From the NCBI GenBank assembly GCA_039589315.1, contig JBDHHQ010000004.1, positions 32,001-96,000 of the forward strand: DNA of 64,000 bases. The letters are read 5' to 3'. Source of the DNA: Gemmatimonadota bacterium. GTDB taxonomy: Bacteria; Gemmatimonadota; Gemmatimonadetes; Longimicrobiales; Gaopeijiaceae. This document shows positions 9,706 through 20,290 of this stretch, piece by piece. Below the pieces are notes generated by a model. It did no database searches. It had not been told where the DNA came from and was given only the letters and a program-made list of their open reading frames with translations. Within the stretch, counting starts at the first letter, position 1. Every line of letters begins with the position of its first letter. A program made the position numbers and the translations under genes.

Positions 9706-9944
9706 AGGGACCTCCATGCCATCCAAGGGGAGACACCGACCAGCCTGGTCTGCGATCTGCGTGATCCGGGCCGGCTCACCGGCTTCGGTCAACCACTCAC
9801 GGTATCACCGGGACGCCCGCGTCCGCCATGCCCTACCGACGCGGGCGCCACCGTGCTCACCCGGCCCTCCGGGCGTTGGGACCTCGCGGGTCCGTGCCGA
9901 GCTGGTGGCGGCATCGCTCCATCCCGTCAGCCCTGGGCGTCAGG

Positions 9945-11258
9945 CTACTCTGCTGCGACTACGGAAACCGTGTATCGCGCAAAGGGTGGGTCCTCACCCA
10001 TAGGGAACTCCCCGACCGCGTGCGCAATCCACGTTTCCCCCGACCGCAGGGACGGACCGCCCGGCGGAACGACGAAGACCCGGGCGGTCGTGATCGGCTC
10101 GTCTTCCGCATCGAGCCATGTGACCTCGAGGACCAGCCGGTGGAGCGAGCGCACCCCGCGATTATGCGTGGTCAGGGTGAGGAAATGGGCACGCTCCGTT
10201 CCTGTCTCGGCGATCCTGCCGTCGCGCTCACCGACGTCGATGTCGATGTGGGCCGGCTGATCGAACGGCCAGTCGAGCTCGAGCGGGATGGGAGCGTCAT
10301 AGGCGCTGGCCGCAGGCTCGAGCTCTGCGATATCGATCGAGAGACGTACGTGATCGAGATTCGGCGCAGATCCCTCCTCGTAGAACGTTCTCGACAGCGG
10401 CACCCGTTCCCCGGGGCGCAGGTAGGGCTGGTAGTCGTCTCTGGCGTCGACGAACCCGGTCAGGATCTCCTCCTGGTTGGGTAAGACCATCGAGGCTCGC
10501 AGGCGAAGCCTGTGCACTTCCTCACTCTCGCTGGACACCGTGGCCTTCAGCTCGTACGCGAACGCCGAATCGTAGATGCTCAGGAGCGATTGCCGTACGT
10601 CGACCAACAAGCCGGTGGCCTCGATACCGTCCCCCAACTCGATAGGGATCTCGTGCTGCCCCGACGGCTCCGCGTCCACCGCGGTAGGAGACACCTCACT
10701 GGGTGGCGCCGGGGCTTCGCCATCCGTTGGCGAGAACGAACTCGGGCCGACGATCAAGAGGCCCAGCATCGCGACAGCGCCGGCCGCCACCATGAACACC
10801 CATGCCTTCGATCGGGCCGGCTTACGCTTGCCCGTGGCCAGGGGTGAGAGGGTGGCCAACAAGCCGAAAGACGGCTCATGGTTGGGGTCGAGCTCGATGC
10901 AACGACGCGCGTAGCGTTCCGCAGCGTTCCGATCCTCGTCTCGTCGAGTCTCCTGCCAACGGCTCACGTGTGCCGCCGCCAGCTCCTGAAGGAGCGGGAC
11001 GTTGAACGGGTCCAGGACCGCCGCTCGCCGAAGCTCTCGTACCGCGTCGTCCCAAGCGCCATTCTCGTAGAAGTGACGACCTCGCTGCCAGTCAGCGTCG
11101 ATCCTCTCTTCGAGACCTGCCAGGTCCTCGTCGGAGAGCCCCAGGTCCCGTGCGACATCCTCCAACTCCTGCTCGTCGAGCCAGTCCTCGTGCTCGTCCT
11201 GCAGGACGAGCAGCCGTTCGATATAGTCCTGGAGGATCTTGTCGTCGTCGGATGTCAT
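9945..11258 (-). CDS. TPR-containing bitopic membrane protein
   Basis: TPR-like helices (WQRGRHFYENGAWDDAVRELRRAAVLDP; YARRCIELDPNHEP), one TM segment (WVFMVAAGAVAMLGLLIV) and a beta-rich C-terminal region with two LRPGE/LRSGE motifs. Confidence 0.7.
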   Translation of the reverse strand: MTSDDDKILQDYIERLLVLQDEHEDWLDEQELEDVARDLGLSDEDLAGLEERIDADWQRGRHFYENGAWDDAVRELRRAAVLDPFNVPLLQELAAAHVSRWQETRRDEDRNAAERYARRCIELDPNHEPSFGLLATLSPLATGKRKPARSKAWVFMVAAGAVAMLGLLIVGPSSFSPTDGEAPAPPSEVSPTAVDAEPSGQHEIPIELGDGIEATGLLVDVRQSLLSIYDSAFAYELKATVSSESEEVHRLRLRASMVLPNQEEILTGFVDARDDYQPYLRPGERVPLSRTFYEEGSAPNLDHVRLSIDIAELEPAASAYDAPIPLELDWPFDQPAHIDIDVGERDGRIAETGTERAHFLTLTTHNRGVRSLHRLVLEVTWLDAEDEPITTARVFVVPPGGPSLRSGETWIAHAVGEFPMGEDPPFARYTVSVVAAE

Positions 11259-11691
11259 CGGAGGGACTCCGGATCTCGGCTGATATGACTGAGTGGCATC
11301 ATGACGGAGCCCGCGGCATCTCGTCAACAACGTGGAAGAAGCCGAACTCGTTGTTACCGGTCGCGCACGCCCACGCGCAGGACGAGCCTCGATGGCCAAT
11401 GAGAAGACGGTGATGCGCGTAATCCCCTGGCCGGTGGACCGTGTGCGTTCCAAGTCCTGCCGGCGGGTGATGAGCCGCGCTCGGGCGAGGCGGTGTACCG
11501 GCGGGGGCATCAACAACCTCTGGCCGCGGTGACGGCGCCACGGCGTGGGCTCCACATGCACTCTGTCGCGCGGCCGTTTCCGGAGCAAGATTCACGACCG
11601 CGCTTGACGCGGAATCGTCGAGGTCGAGCGCAGGTTGCCGCAATGGCTCAGCGGGTCTCGATACATCACGCCTCTTACGGAGCCGAGAACG

Positions 11692-12354
11692 ATGCCGTCC
11701 CACCCTCCGCGTGGTGACTTGCCACCGGAGCCGACCGACTTCTTCCGAACCTACGGCTCCGCCCTGGCCCTGACGGCCGCCAACGTATACGTGGTCTTCC
11801 CCACGGTGATGTCGTCCTGGCCGTTGGCCGAGCTCATGTGGGTGTACTGGCTACAGAGCGTGATCATCGGTGGGGCGCATGTCCTGAGGATCCTCTCACT
11901 GCAGGACTTCGAGATCGGAGAAGACTTCAAGATCCTCGGACGAGCGGTGCGAAAGGGCGACCGCACAAAAGGACTGGTGGCCGGTCTGTTCGCATTGCAC
12001 TACGGCTTCATCCACTTCGCGTTCATGGTCTTGATGGCAATGGCGTTCAAGGTGAAGCCCACCGAATTCGACGGGTTCCTGATCGCGGGCGCGTTGTTTG
12101 CGGTCACGCATGCCTTCGCGTTCGTCAAGCAACGTCCCGCTCTTGCCGTGGCCACGCCGGACCTCGGCACGCTGATGTGGTTCCCGTACGTCCGGATCCT
12201 TCCCATGTTCTTCACCATCCTGATAGGGATCGGCTTTCTTGGTCCGGTCTCGGAGGGCGCCGTCGCGGCAACGCTGCTCTTCATCCTCTTGAAGACCATC
12301 GCCGACGTAGGCATGCACCTCATAGAGGAACGCAGGATCCGCACCACCGGATAG
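11692..12354 (+). CDS. Integral membrane protein, DUF6498-like
   Basis: LTAANV...LMWVYWLQSVIIG, FALHYGFIHFAF, LMWFPYVRILPM and ILLKTIADVGMH match my recollection of DUF6498. Confidence 0.65.
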   Translation: MPSHPPRGDLPPEPTDFFRTYGSALALTAANVYVVFPTVMSSWPLAELMWVYWLQSVIIGGAHVLRILSLQDFEIGEDFKILGRAVRKGDRTKGLVAGLFALHYGFIHFAFMVLMAMAFKVKPTEFDGFLIAGALFAVTHAFAFVKQRPALAVATPDLGTLMWFPYVRILPMFFTILIGIGFLGPVSEGAVAATLLFILLKTIADVGMHLIEERRIRTTG

Positions 12355-12509
12355 GAATCGTGAGGCCCCCGGGAGACGCCGAGCTCCCGGAGCCTCGAGG
12401 AGGCTGCATCCCCTTCAGCCGGCTTCGGGCAACCGCCCGGTGCTCGCCCAAAGGCCCGCCAGCTCGGAGCTCGAGAGGCCGGGCCTCGCCGAGAGCCGAG
12501 AAGCCGCGC

Positions 12510-15500
12510 TCATTCCTCCTGCGAGATGATCGGCGCGATGTTCTGGCGTCTCAACATCGCGTTGTACTCCGCCACGATCCCGTTCATCACGTTCTCCAGG
12601 CGCTCCCGCAATACGGTCCATTGGCCGCTCAGGTCCTCCATCCGGTCGTACGAGCCCTGCGTCGGGCGGCCATGAGGGTCGGCTACGTAGCCGTACAGAT
12701 AGGTGAACTGGTGATCCAGCATCGGCTGGAAGTTGATCGGGTCCTGACGGCTCTGGCTGTTGGTGTTGATGATGTCGTCTTCGATTCCCGTGAGCGCCAT
12801 GGCGATGGAGTCCGCCATCTCCCGGGCTTCAGCAGCCATCTCGGCACCTTCCATCTCCAGACGTTCCGCCATGTCCGCCGACAGCTCCCGAACCCTGCGG
12901 AGCCGCTCTACGTTCGCGTAGATGGTGGAAAGGGAGTCCTTGACCTCGGTGGCCAACCGCCACTGCTCCTGGAGGTCGGCTGCGGTCACGGCGTCGAGCC
13001 GCGGGTCCGCCAGAACCCTGAGTGCCTGCTCCTGGCTCCAATCCCCCATAGTGAGGCGCACGGTGTAGGGGCCCGGAATCACGGTCACACCACCCGTGTA
13101 CCCCCAGCTGGTCACCGCGTCCGGCGGGACGTCCACCCCCTCGGTCCGGAGATCCCACGCGAAGCGGTGACTCCCGGCAGAGGCCGGCAGCACGGGATCG
13201 GCCTCTCGCTGGGGCCGGTCCTCGCCGCCCGCGCCGTCCTCGGCCTCGTCCTTCCGCGACGAGTAGCTCTTCAGCGGGGACCCCGACGAATCCAGAATCT
13301 CCATCGTCAGCTCTTGCGTCGCGTCTTCGGCCAGGAAGTAGGTGATGACCGCACCCTCCGGCGGATTCTCGGGCCAGATCTTGCCGTCCCCGCTCCCGCC
13401 TCGCGACACGCGGTAGGCGCCTCTCGGCGCGTAGAGGTGCGCCGGGGCCGACGCCAGTGCGGGCGTGACCTCGTGGAGCGGTGTGATGTCGTCGAGGATC
13501 CAGAACGACCGGCCCTGGGTCGCCAGAACCAGGTCCCGGCGGTGCACCTTGATGTCCGTCACGGGGACGACGGGCAGATTGTGCTGGAGCGACTGCCAGC
13601 GCGCCCCGTCGTCGAAGGAGACGAACAGCCCGAACTCGGTTCCGGCGTACAGCAGGCCCTGGCGGTCCGGATCCTCCCGCACGACCCGGACCGGATGATC
13701 GCCGGGAATGCCATTGGACCCGTCGGTGAGGAGGTGCCAGGTCTCCCCGTAGTCAGCCGTCCTATACAGGTAGGGGCTGAAGTCGTCCATCCGGTACCGG
13801 TGGACCGCCAGGTAAGCCTTCGCCGGGTCATGGGGCGAGACCTCGATCACGTCCACGGTCGACGCGATCTGCACCCCGCCGGGTGTGACGTCGGACCAGC
13901 TGCCGCCCCCGTCCCGCGTCAGGTGGACCCGGCCATCGTCGGTCCCGGCCCAGATGACGCCCCGCTCGTGCGGAGAGACGGTCACGCTGAAGATCGTGTT
14001 GAAGACCTCGACACCGGTCCCCTCGCACGTGATCGGCTGTCCGCCGCAGTGCTGGTGGGCGGGGTTGTTCGTGGTCAGGTCCGGTGAGATCGGCTCCCAC
14101 GACATCCCGGCGTCGGTGGTGCGGAAGAGCCGGTTGGACGCGTGGTAGATCGTGTTGGCGTCGTGGGGGTCCACCTCGATGGGAGATACCCACTGGAACC
14201 GGTACTGGAGGTCCTCGGCGGGGCTCCCGAGCTGCATCTGCGGATAGACCATGATGTTCCGCTCTTCGCCGGTCCGGGCGTCCCACCGGTCGATCACGCC
14301 TCCGTAGCATCCCGAGTAGATCAGATCGGGGTTGTCGGGATCCATGGCCACGGGCCCGGTCTCACAGCCGCCGATCGAGTGCCAATACTGCTCCGGCGAG
14401 ATGTCGGCGCTGAACCACGAAGGCACGGTGATGGTCGAGTTGTCCTGCTGGGGTCCGTAGACGCGATACGGGAACTGGTTGTCCACCGTCACGGAGTAGA
14501 ATTCCGCGGTTGGCTGATTGTAGTAGTCCGTCCACGTCCTGCCGTTGTTGACGCTCACCTGACCGCCGCCGTCGTCGGCGACGATCATCGTCGTGGGGTC
14601 GTCCGGGTTGATCCACAGATCGTGGACGTCGCCGTGCGGTACGGAGATCGGATCGAACGTCCTACCGCCGTCCACGGACCGGTACAGGCCCGTGTTCATG
14701 GCGTAGACCGTGTTCTCGTCCTGTGGATCCGGCTCCAGGTGCATGTAGTAGTAGGCTCGCTGCCGGAGCTTCCGGTTCTCGTTCACGCGAACCCACGTCT
14801 TGCCGCGGTCGTCCGAACGGTACACGCCGCCGTCGGGCTCCGGGGCCTCGACGAGCGCCCAGACCCGGTCCGGGTTCGCCGGTGAGACCGCCACGGACGA
14901 CTTGCCGAAGAGCCCCGTGGGGAGCCCGCCACCCAGCTTCTCCCAGCTGTCCCCTCCGTCCGTGGTCTTCCAGATGCCCGCCTCACTGGCCCCGGAGATG
15001 ATCACCCAGGGCTTCCGCTCGGCCCGCCACGCCGAAGCATAGATTTCCCGGGGGTTGTCGGGATTCATGGCCAGGTCCACGAACCCGGTCGAATCGGACA
15101 CGAACAGCACCTGCTCCCAGGACTGCCCACCGTCCGTCGTTCGGTAGACGCCTCGATCGGGGTTGGGTCCGAAGGCGTGGCCGAGTGCCGCGATGTAGGC
15201 AACATCGGGGTCACTTGGGTGGATCTTCAGGTCGCCCACCTGCCCGATGTCCGTCAGCCCAACGTGAGACCACGTGTCCCCGCCGTCCGTGGAGCGGTAC
15301 ACGCCTTTGCCGGTGGAGACGTTCCCGCGGATACACGCCGATCCCGTGCCGACGTAGATCACATTGGGGTCGGTGTCCGCGACGTCGAGGGCCCCGACGG
15401 GGGCGACGTCGAAAAACCCGTCGGTGATGTTGTCCCACGTCTTCCCCGCGTCGTCGGTCACCCAGACGCCCCCTCCGGTCGTCCCGGTATAGAACACGTT

Positions 15501-15764
15501 GGGGTCGGTCGGGTGACCGGTAACGGCCGTGGACCTGCCGCCGCGGTACGGCCCGATCATCCGGTATTCCATACCGTCGAAGAGTGCCGGATCGTATGCG
15601 GGAGCCGCGTCCTGAGCCTCGAGCGGACCGGTCGGCGTCCCGGCCAGTATCAGGGCCCCGAGTGCGGAGAGGTACAGGAGGAAGAGGGCAAGGGAGCCGC
15701 GTGACGAGTCATTTCGCTCGGCGAACGCGGAGGAGTGGTCCCTGGCGATTCCGGCGCTCCACAT
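12510..15764 (-). CDS. Secreted VPS10/sortilin-like BNR (Asp-box) repeat protein (usually annotated glycosyl hydrolase)
   Basis: YRMIGPYRGGRSTAV, many S/T-x-D-x-G-x-T/S-W boxes, PHGDVHDLWINP, YRVYGPQQDN, YRFQWVSPI and DLVLATQGRSFWILDD. AGGAGG RBS. Confidence 0.9.
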   Translation of the reverse strand: MWSAGIARDHSSAFAERNDSSRGSLALFLLYLSALGALILAGTPTGPLEAQDAAPAYDPALFDGMEYRMIGPYRGGRSTAVTGHPTDPNVFYTGTTGGGVWVTDDAGKTWDNITDGFFDVAPVGALDVADTDPNVIYVGTGSACIRGNVSTGKGVYRSTDGGDTWSHVGLTDIGQVGDLKIHPSDPDVAYIAALGHAFGPNPDRGVYRTTDGGQSWEQVLFVSDSTGFVDLAMNPDNPREIYASAWRAERKPWVIISGASEAGIWKTTDGGDSWEKLGGGLPTGLFGKSSVAVSPANPDRVWALVEAPEPDGGVYRSDDRGKTWVRVNENRKLRQRAYYYMHLEPDPQDENTVYAMNTGLYRSVDGGRTFDPISVPHGDVHDLWINPDDPTTMIVADDGGGQVSVNNGRTWTDYYNQPTAEFYSVTVDNQFPYRVYGPQQDNSTITVPSWFSADISPEQYWHSIGGCETGPVAMDPDNPDLIYSGCYGGVIDRWDARTGEERNIMVYPQMQLGSPAEDLQYRFQWVSPIEVDPHDANTIYHASNRLFRTTDAGMSWEPISPDLTTNNPAHQHCGGQPITCEGTGVEVFNTIFSVTVSPHERGVIWAGTDDGRVHLTRDGGGSWSDVTPGGVQIASTVDVIEVSPHDPAKAYLAVHRYRMDDFSPYLYRTADYGETWHLLTDGSNGIPGDHPVRVVREDPDRQGLLYAGTEFGLFVSFDDGARWQSLQHNLPVVPVTDIKVHRRDLVLATQGRSFWILDDITPLHEVTPALASAPAHLYAPRGAYRVSRGGSGDGKIWPENPPEGAVITYFLAEDATQELTMEILDSSGSPLKSYSSRKDEAEDGAGGEDRPQREADPVLPASAGSHRFAWDLRTEGVDVPPDAVTSWGYTGGVTVIPGPYTVRLTMGDWSQEQALRVLADPRLDAVTAADLQEQWRLATEVKDSLSTIYANVERLRRVRELSADMAERLEMEGAEMAAEAREMADSIAMALTGIEDDIINTNSQSRQDPINFQPMLDHQFTYLYGYVADPHGRPTQGSYDRMEDLSGQWTVLRERLENVMNGIVAEYNAMLRRQNIAPIISQEE

Positions 15765-16005
15765 TGCAGTGCCTCCTGATCATCTCGGGTGGGTCGAGGA
15801 GACATTGTAGAGAGCCGTGTCCGGGCTCCGCCACCTGCGGAGCGCACTCGACCAGGTGCGAACGGAACGCAATCCAGCCCGACCGCAGCCTATGTGAGAT
15901 CGAGCGCCGCCGGTGACGTCAGCTCGTCCCTCGGCTGCCGTCGAGGCACGTCCTGTGATTCAGTATCCGCTCAGCAAATGGAGGGCGGGGCTTGGAGGGT
16001 CGGCC

Positions 16006-16209
16006 CTATTCCTCATCCGGTCGCGTCCCCTCCTCAGCTCGAGTCCCCTCCTCGTCAGGCTGAGCCCCCTCCTCGTCAGGCTGAGCCCCCTCCTCGTCGG
16101 CGGCACGCTTCGCGGCCTCCTCCTTCAGCAATCTCTTCGCTTCCTTCTTCTTCTTCTTCGCGATTTCCCGCTGTCGTTTCTGAAAACTGTAGTTGGTCCT
16201 CTTCGCCAC
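16006..16209 (-). CDS. Small protein (67 aa), basic N-terminus with acidic repeat tail
   Basis: GGAGGT RBS then GTG 16209: MAKRTNYSFQKRQREIAKKKKKEAKRLLKEEAAKRAADEEGAQPDEEGAQPDEEGTRAEEGTRPDEE. Confidence 0.75.
   Translation of the reverse strand: MAKRTNYSFQKRQREIAKKKKKEAKRLLKEEAAKRAADEEGAQPDEEGAQPDEEGTRAEEGTRPDEE
16045..16098. repeat. 21-bp tandem repeat, about 2.6 copies, coding DEEGAQP
   Basis: CCCCTCCTCGTCAGGCTGAGC twice plus a partial copy, in frame within the small protein. Confidence 0.85.
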
Positions 16210-16429
16210 GCTACCTCCTGGCTCCTCGTGAACTCGGTACTGGAGTATCCCCATTAATCTCGCACATGTGGAAAGCCCGGTGACATGCAAGGCCCGATCC
16301 AAGGTCGGCGGCAACGTCCCAGCACACCTCCACCGCGCCGTAGGGCCTGCAAGCATACAAGATCCAGGGCGATGAGTCCGGCTCAGACCGGAACCGATGG
16401 ACACTACACCGGAACCTCGCCCCAAGGGC

Positions 16430-17227
16430 TCACCACTTACCGCCGGGAGGCGGGCTTGACCGCCACCCGGAGCGAACGGGCCGCTGGCTCCAGAGGAGGC
16501 CCAGGATGAGCTCTTCCACGTCGTCCGTGACGTTGTCCAGGTACGCCAATGCCTCGGCCTCGGTCAGGGGCCCTGGATCTCCCGCCTTGTTCGCGAGCGC
16601 CTCACGCGCCCCCGCCACGGCCACGGCACCCTTCTGCTCCTCGCCCAGCTGGTCAGTCATCTGTGCGTCCGGATCTGCGCCGACCGGGATCTCCTCCTCC
16701 TGCTCCGGTGGCGGCTCGGACTGCCGGTCCCCCGGCAGGCTGGTCAGAGAATCCACCATGCGCTGGGCAAGGGCGAAGTTCCACTGGGCGTTCTCGTCCC
16801 CTGGGTTCAGCAGCAACGCCGCCCGGTTGCTGCGGACCGCGGCAGTCGCGACGGGAAGAGCCGAATCCGGGTCGGTGATCTGAGAGACCCTGGTGAGGGA
16901 GCGGTAACCCAGGTTGTAGTGCGCACGCTGCCTGGCGACCGAGTCGACGTCCTGGGCAGCCAACCTCAGGTAGTGCTCGGCCTCGTCGTCGTCCAGAGCG
17001 AGAAGGGCCGTGCCCAGGTTGTAGGTGGCGGCCGCGGTGTGATCCGGGGCGTCGGCGTGGACTCGATACAACTCGGCTGCAGCCTGCGTCTCACCGTCGC
17101 GATACAGCCGGTTCGCCCGCTCCAGACTGCCGCGGTCCAGCGAAAGAAGGACGCTCACGATGGTGACGAGAAGAACGAGCCCGCCCAGCCACTTGAAGCG
17201 CGCGAACCACAGGTCCTTCGAACTCAT
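16430..17227 (-). CDS. TPR protein, BatC-like
   Basis: N-terminal TM, ANRLYRDG, TYNLGTALL, AHYNLGY and ALLLNPGDENAQWNFALA. Last gene of the MoxR-vWA operon. Confidence 0.75.
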   Translation of the reverse strand: MSSKDLWFARFKWLGGLVLLVTIVSVLLSLDRGSLERANRLYRDGETQAAAELYRVHADAPDHTAAATYNLGTALLALDDDEAEHYLRLAAQDVDSVARQRAHYNLGYRSLTRVSQITDPDSALPVATAAVRSNRAALLLNPGDENAQWNFALAQRMVDSLTSLPGDRQSEPPPEQEEEIPVGADPDAQMTDQLGEEQKGAVAVAGAREALANKAGDPGPLTEAEALAYLDNVTDDVEELILGLLWSQRPVRSGWRSSPPPGGKW

Positions 17228-18333
17228 GCGATCCTCCGGGTCGACGCGGCGCGCGGCGAACGGAGAGATTCGCCGCCCGGCGCCTTACGGGTCGATGGAA
17301 TCGAGGGCCCTCGAGCGGGCGACCGCCTGGTACGTGGCAGGCGGACGTCCAGGAGGCTCTCGAACAGTAGACACAGAAGCGCGGCGAGCGCGAGCAGGAA
17401 TACCGGGTCGAAGCGGGTCCACAAGGGAGCCTCGTATGGGGAGGGGGGCGCTACTCTCGTGAAGACCTCCTGAAGAGGCGCCTCCTCGCTGGCATGGGCA
17501 TAGCGACCACCGCCCACCTCGGCCACCCGGCGGAGCAGGGCCTCGTTCAGCGTCGAGACCGCCCGCGTCCCCCGGTCGTCCAGAATGGGTGCGGACCGGT
17601 ACCCCAGCGGCATGGCCATCCGGCCGCCCTGTTCCGACCCGATGCCGATGGTGTGGACCGCGATGCCGTTCGCCGAAGCGTCCCGTGCAGCCCGTGTCAC
17701 GGCGGCCTCACCTTCACCCGACTCCCCGTCCCCGATCAGAACGATCGCCCGCTCGCCCTCAGGCTCCCCGCTGTCGGCGAGCTGCCGCAGGGACTCGCGA
17801 ATTCCCACGGATACCATGGTCCCGGGATCGGCATGGTTCGCCACGTTCGGCGTCACGCCCAGGAGCAGAAAACGGAGGGCGTCGTGATCCCGAGTGGGTG
17901 GCGCGAGCGAGTAGCTCCCGCCGGCGAAGAGGAGCAGTCCGACCCGGTCACCCTCGAGCGTATCGAGGAGCCCATTCACGATGGCCACCGCCGGTGCGAG
18001 CCGGGTCGGGGCGACATCGTCTGCTTGCATGGACGCCGAGACGTCGAGGGCGAGCATCACGCTCCGGTCGGGTGGCGGTGGCTCGAACGGCGGGGGTGGC
18101 CACCGGGGCTCCGCCAAGGCGGCTGCCAGGGTGAGCGCCCCCAACACGAGGAGGACGACGCGCTCCAACCGAACCCTGTACAAATCCGACCCGGACAGAC
18201 GACGGACTGCTCGGCGTCCTCCCAAGAAATCGGCCAGCCGCCGGCGTCTTCGCGCCTGAAGCAGGAGGCCCACGACGACCAGCAGCGCCAGCCCGACGCC
18301 GATGCGGAGAAAGAGGGGGTTCGCGAAGATCAC
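17224..18333 (-). CDS. vWA domain membrane protein, BatB-like
   Basis: IFANPLF start, MIDAS DVSASM, PTRL, DRVGLLLFAG, IVLIGDGE and VHTIGIGS. GTGA coupling to the upstream gene. Confidence 0.85.
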   Translation of the reverse strand: MIFANPLFLRIGVGLALLVVVGLLLQARRRRRLADFLGGRRAVRRLSGSDLYRVRLERVVLLVLGALTLAAALAEPRWPPPPFEPPPPDRSVMLALDVSASMQADDVAPTRLAPAVAIVNGLLDTLEGDRVGLLLFAGGSYSLAPPTRDHDALRFLLLGVTPNVANHADPGTMVSVGIRESLRQLADSGEPEGERAIVLIGDGESGEGEAAVTRAARDASANGIAVHTIGIGSEQGGRMAMPLGYRSAPILDDRGTRAVSTLNEALLRRVAEVGGGRYAHASEEAPLQEVFTRVAPPSPYEAPLWTRFDPVFLLALAALLCLLFESLLDVRLPRTRRSPARGPSIPSTRKAPGGESLRSPRAASTRRIA

Positions 18334-19289
18334 GGGACCAGCCCCCATCTCGTGCCTCGGAGCATCGCGTCCAGGCCCAGCAGCAGGAGTCCAGCGAGCA
18401 GCAGCCAAGCGCGCTCCGGATAACGCACCTCCAGCGTCCTCACCCGTGGCGTTGGCGTTTCGATCATGTCGATGGTTCGATAGATGGAGTCCAGGGCCGC
18501 AGCGGTGGACGCATGGAAATACTGGCCCCCGGTCAGACCCGACACGCCGGCCAACACGGTCTCCATGTCCTCGGCGAAGCGCGTTCGGCGGAACTCGGGC
18601 GGAAGCACGCTGATGGAATGGACCTTGACACCGAGTCCCGCCGCCGCCCGGGCGGCCGCGACCGGGAGCACGCCGCCACCGTTGTGTGCTCCGTCCGTGA
18701 GCAGGACCACTACCCGCCCCTCCCGCTCCGACTCCCTGACCCGGGCGACCGAGGTGAGCAGGGCCGCGGAGATGTCGGTCCCGTCGTGAACCAGGTCGAC
18801 CTCGAGGCCCTCGACTGCCGAGACGATGAGGTTCGCGTCCGCGGTCGGCGGCATGCGCGTGATGGCCTCACCGGCGAAGGCCACGAGGCTCAGGTCGTCC
18901 ACCGGACGACCTTCCGCGAAGCCGATCGCCGCCTCCCTGGCGATCTCCAGACGGCTCCTGCCGTCCTCCATGTCCATCGAGAGCATCGAGCCGGAGATGT
19001 CCAGAGCCAGGCCGATGACCTTCCCTTCCAAGTATCCCTCCTCCACGATCTCGATTCGTACGGGCCCGGCCAACGCCACGATCAGGCAGGCCATTGCCGC
19101 TCCGCGGAGGACGCGCGGAAGCGTCAGGACGACCCACGATCGTTGACCCCACCAACCGGTGAGCCGGCCGGCCGAACCGCCCCGGGCGTAGAGCACTCCC
19201 CCGCCCTTGCGCGGCCACACCACCAGCCACCACAAGGGCAGCAGGAACAGCAGGTAGAGGAGATCCGGATCCGTGAATTCCAGGCGCAT
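18330..19289 (-). CDS. vWA domain membrane protein, BatA-like
   Basis: LEFTDPDLLYLL, LIVALAGP, MIDAS DISGSM, GTDISAAL and VVVLLTDGAHNGG. Confidence 0.85.
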   Translation of the reverse strand: MRLEFTDPDLLYLLFLLPLWWLVVWPRKGGGVLYARGGSAGRLTGWWGQRSWVVLTLPRVLRGAAMACLIVALAGPVRIEIVEEGYLEGKVIGLALDISGSMLSMDMEDGRSRLEIAREAAIGFAEGRPVDDLSLVAFAGEAITRMPPTADANLIVSAVEGLEVDLVHDGTDISAALLTSVARVRESEREGRVVVLLTDGAHNGGGVLPVAAARAAAGLGVKVHSISVLPPEFRRTRFAEDMETVLAGVSGLTGGQYFHASTAAALDSIYRTIDMIETPTPRVRTLEVRYPERAWLLLAGLLLLGLDAMLRGTRWGLVP

Positions 19290-20290
19290 CAGCCCTCCGG
19301 TGCTCGCCGGATCCAGTTCCGGATCGTGCTCCAGTCTCGTTCGGCAGCCTCGGCCTCCGGCTGTTCGTCGCCGAACTTCACACGCTCGGCCAGCTCCACG
19401 GTCGAGACCAGCGTCTCGATCCCGCCAGCGCCCCATCGCTCCTCGAGCTTGGAAACCAGCTCGGTGCTGGTCAGCGCCATCCTCCACTCCGGCTCGATTC
19501 GTTCCGCGAAGTGCCGTAGAACGTCCGTCGAGGCGGCGTAGAAGTCGTCCGTCCGACCGTCTTTGTGCCACCCTTCGGAGCGTATGCGCTCCAGCTCGCG
19601 CAGTGCCTCCTGGCGCGGCGAGCGGCCGCGGAGGCGGGCCAGCATGGGGGCACCGATGGACGCCCACCATCTGGGAACCAACATGACCACGGCCAGAGCG
19701 AGCCCGAGGAGCGTCAGGACCGTGGCCAGGAGCCGCCAGATGCTCCACACACCACCGAGCACGTCCGCGGCCGGGCGCGGCTCGAGAACGACATTCTCGT
19801 CCAACATCGGCACGAACGGACCCATGTCCACGAACCCCGTCCGAAGCACGCGTCGGTCGACCTCCGTGGCCGCCGCTGCGGCAGCTTCGCCCGCGCTGCG
19901 CGCCGCCCCCTCGCTCCCCATCTCGTCGCCGGAGGTCCGAAGCCAAAGCTCGATGGGAGGCAGCTCCGCGGGACCTTCCTGGAAGCCGATCAGCGGGTAG
20001 GTCATGCGGATCTCGACCGAATCGCCTGGTGCGGCCACCTCCGTCCACTCGCCCGGACCGACGCTGTGCACTCCGTCCGTGGGTGGCAGCGTGTCCGGCA
20101 GGAACGCCACGGCCGTGGGCCGAACCCGTAGCCTGACGTGCAGCTGGAAGGCCAGCGCCAGGGACGGAGCCTCAGGCTCCAGTCGAACCTCGACGAGTCG
20201 GGCGCCATCTATCGCCTGGGGCGACTGGGCATGCGCGTCCCCAGCAGCCCAGATCACCAGAGCCATCAATAGGATCGACAGGCGTCTCAT
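19289..20290 (-). CDS. Conserved membrane protein of MoxR/Bat operons
   Basis: Signal peptide, one TM segment and C-terminal EALRELERI...FYAASTDVLRHF...ALTSTEL...AERVKFG. Coupled to both neighbours. Confidence 0.7.
   Translation of the reverse strand: MRRLSILLMALVIWAAGDAHAQSPQAIDGARLVEVRLEPEAPSLALAFQLHVRLRVRPTAVAFLPDTLPPTDGVHSVGPGEWTEVAAPGDSVEIRMTYPLIGFQEGPAELPPIELWLRTSGDEMGSEGAARSAGEAAAAAATEVDRRVLRTGFVDMGPFVPMLDENVVLEPRPAADVLGGVWSIWRLLATVLTLLGLALAVVMLVPRWWASIGAPMLARLRGRSPRQEALRELERIRSEGWHKDGRTDDFYAASTDVLRHFAERIEPEWRMALTSTELVSKLEERWGAGGIETLVSTVELAERVKFGDEQPEAEAAERDWSTIRNWIRRAPEG

Noticed and set aside
11260..11690. ~430-bp gap with short ORFs on both strands
   Set aside because: No recognisable motif, RBS or RNA structure. 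It may be a promoter region or a gene remnant, and I cannot support a call.
16045..16098. 21-bp repeat as a mini-CRISPR
   Set aside because: The copies are directly adjacent without spacers and lie in frame within a CDS.
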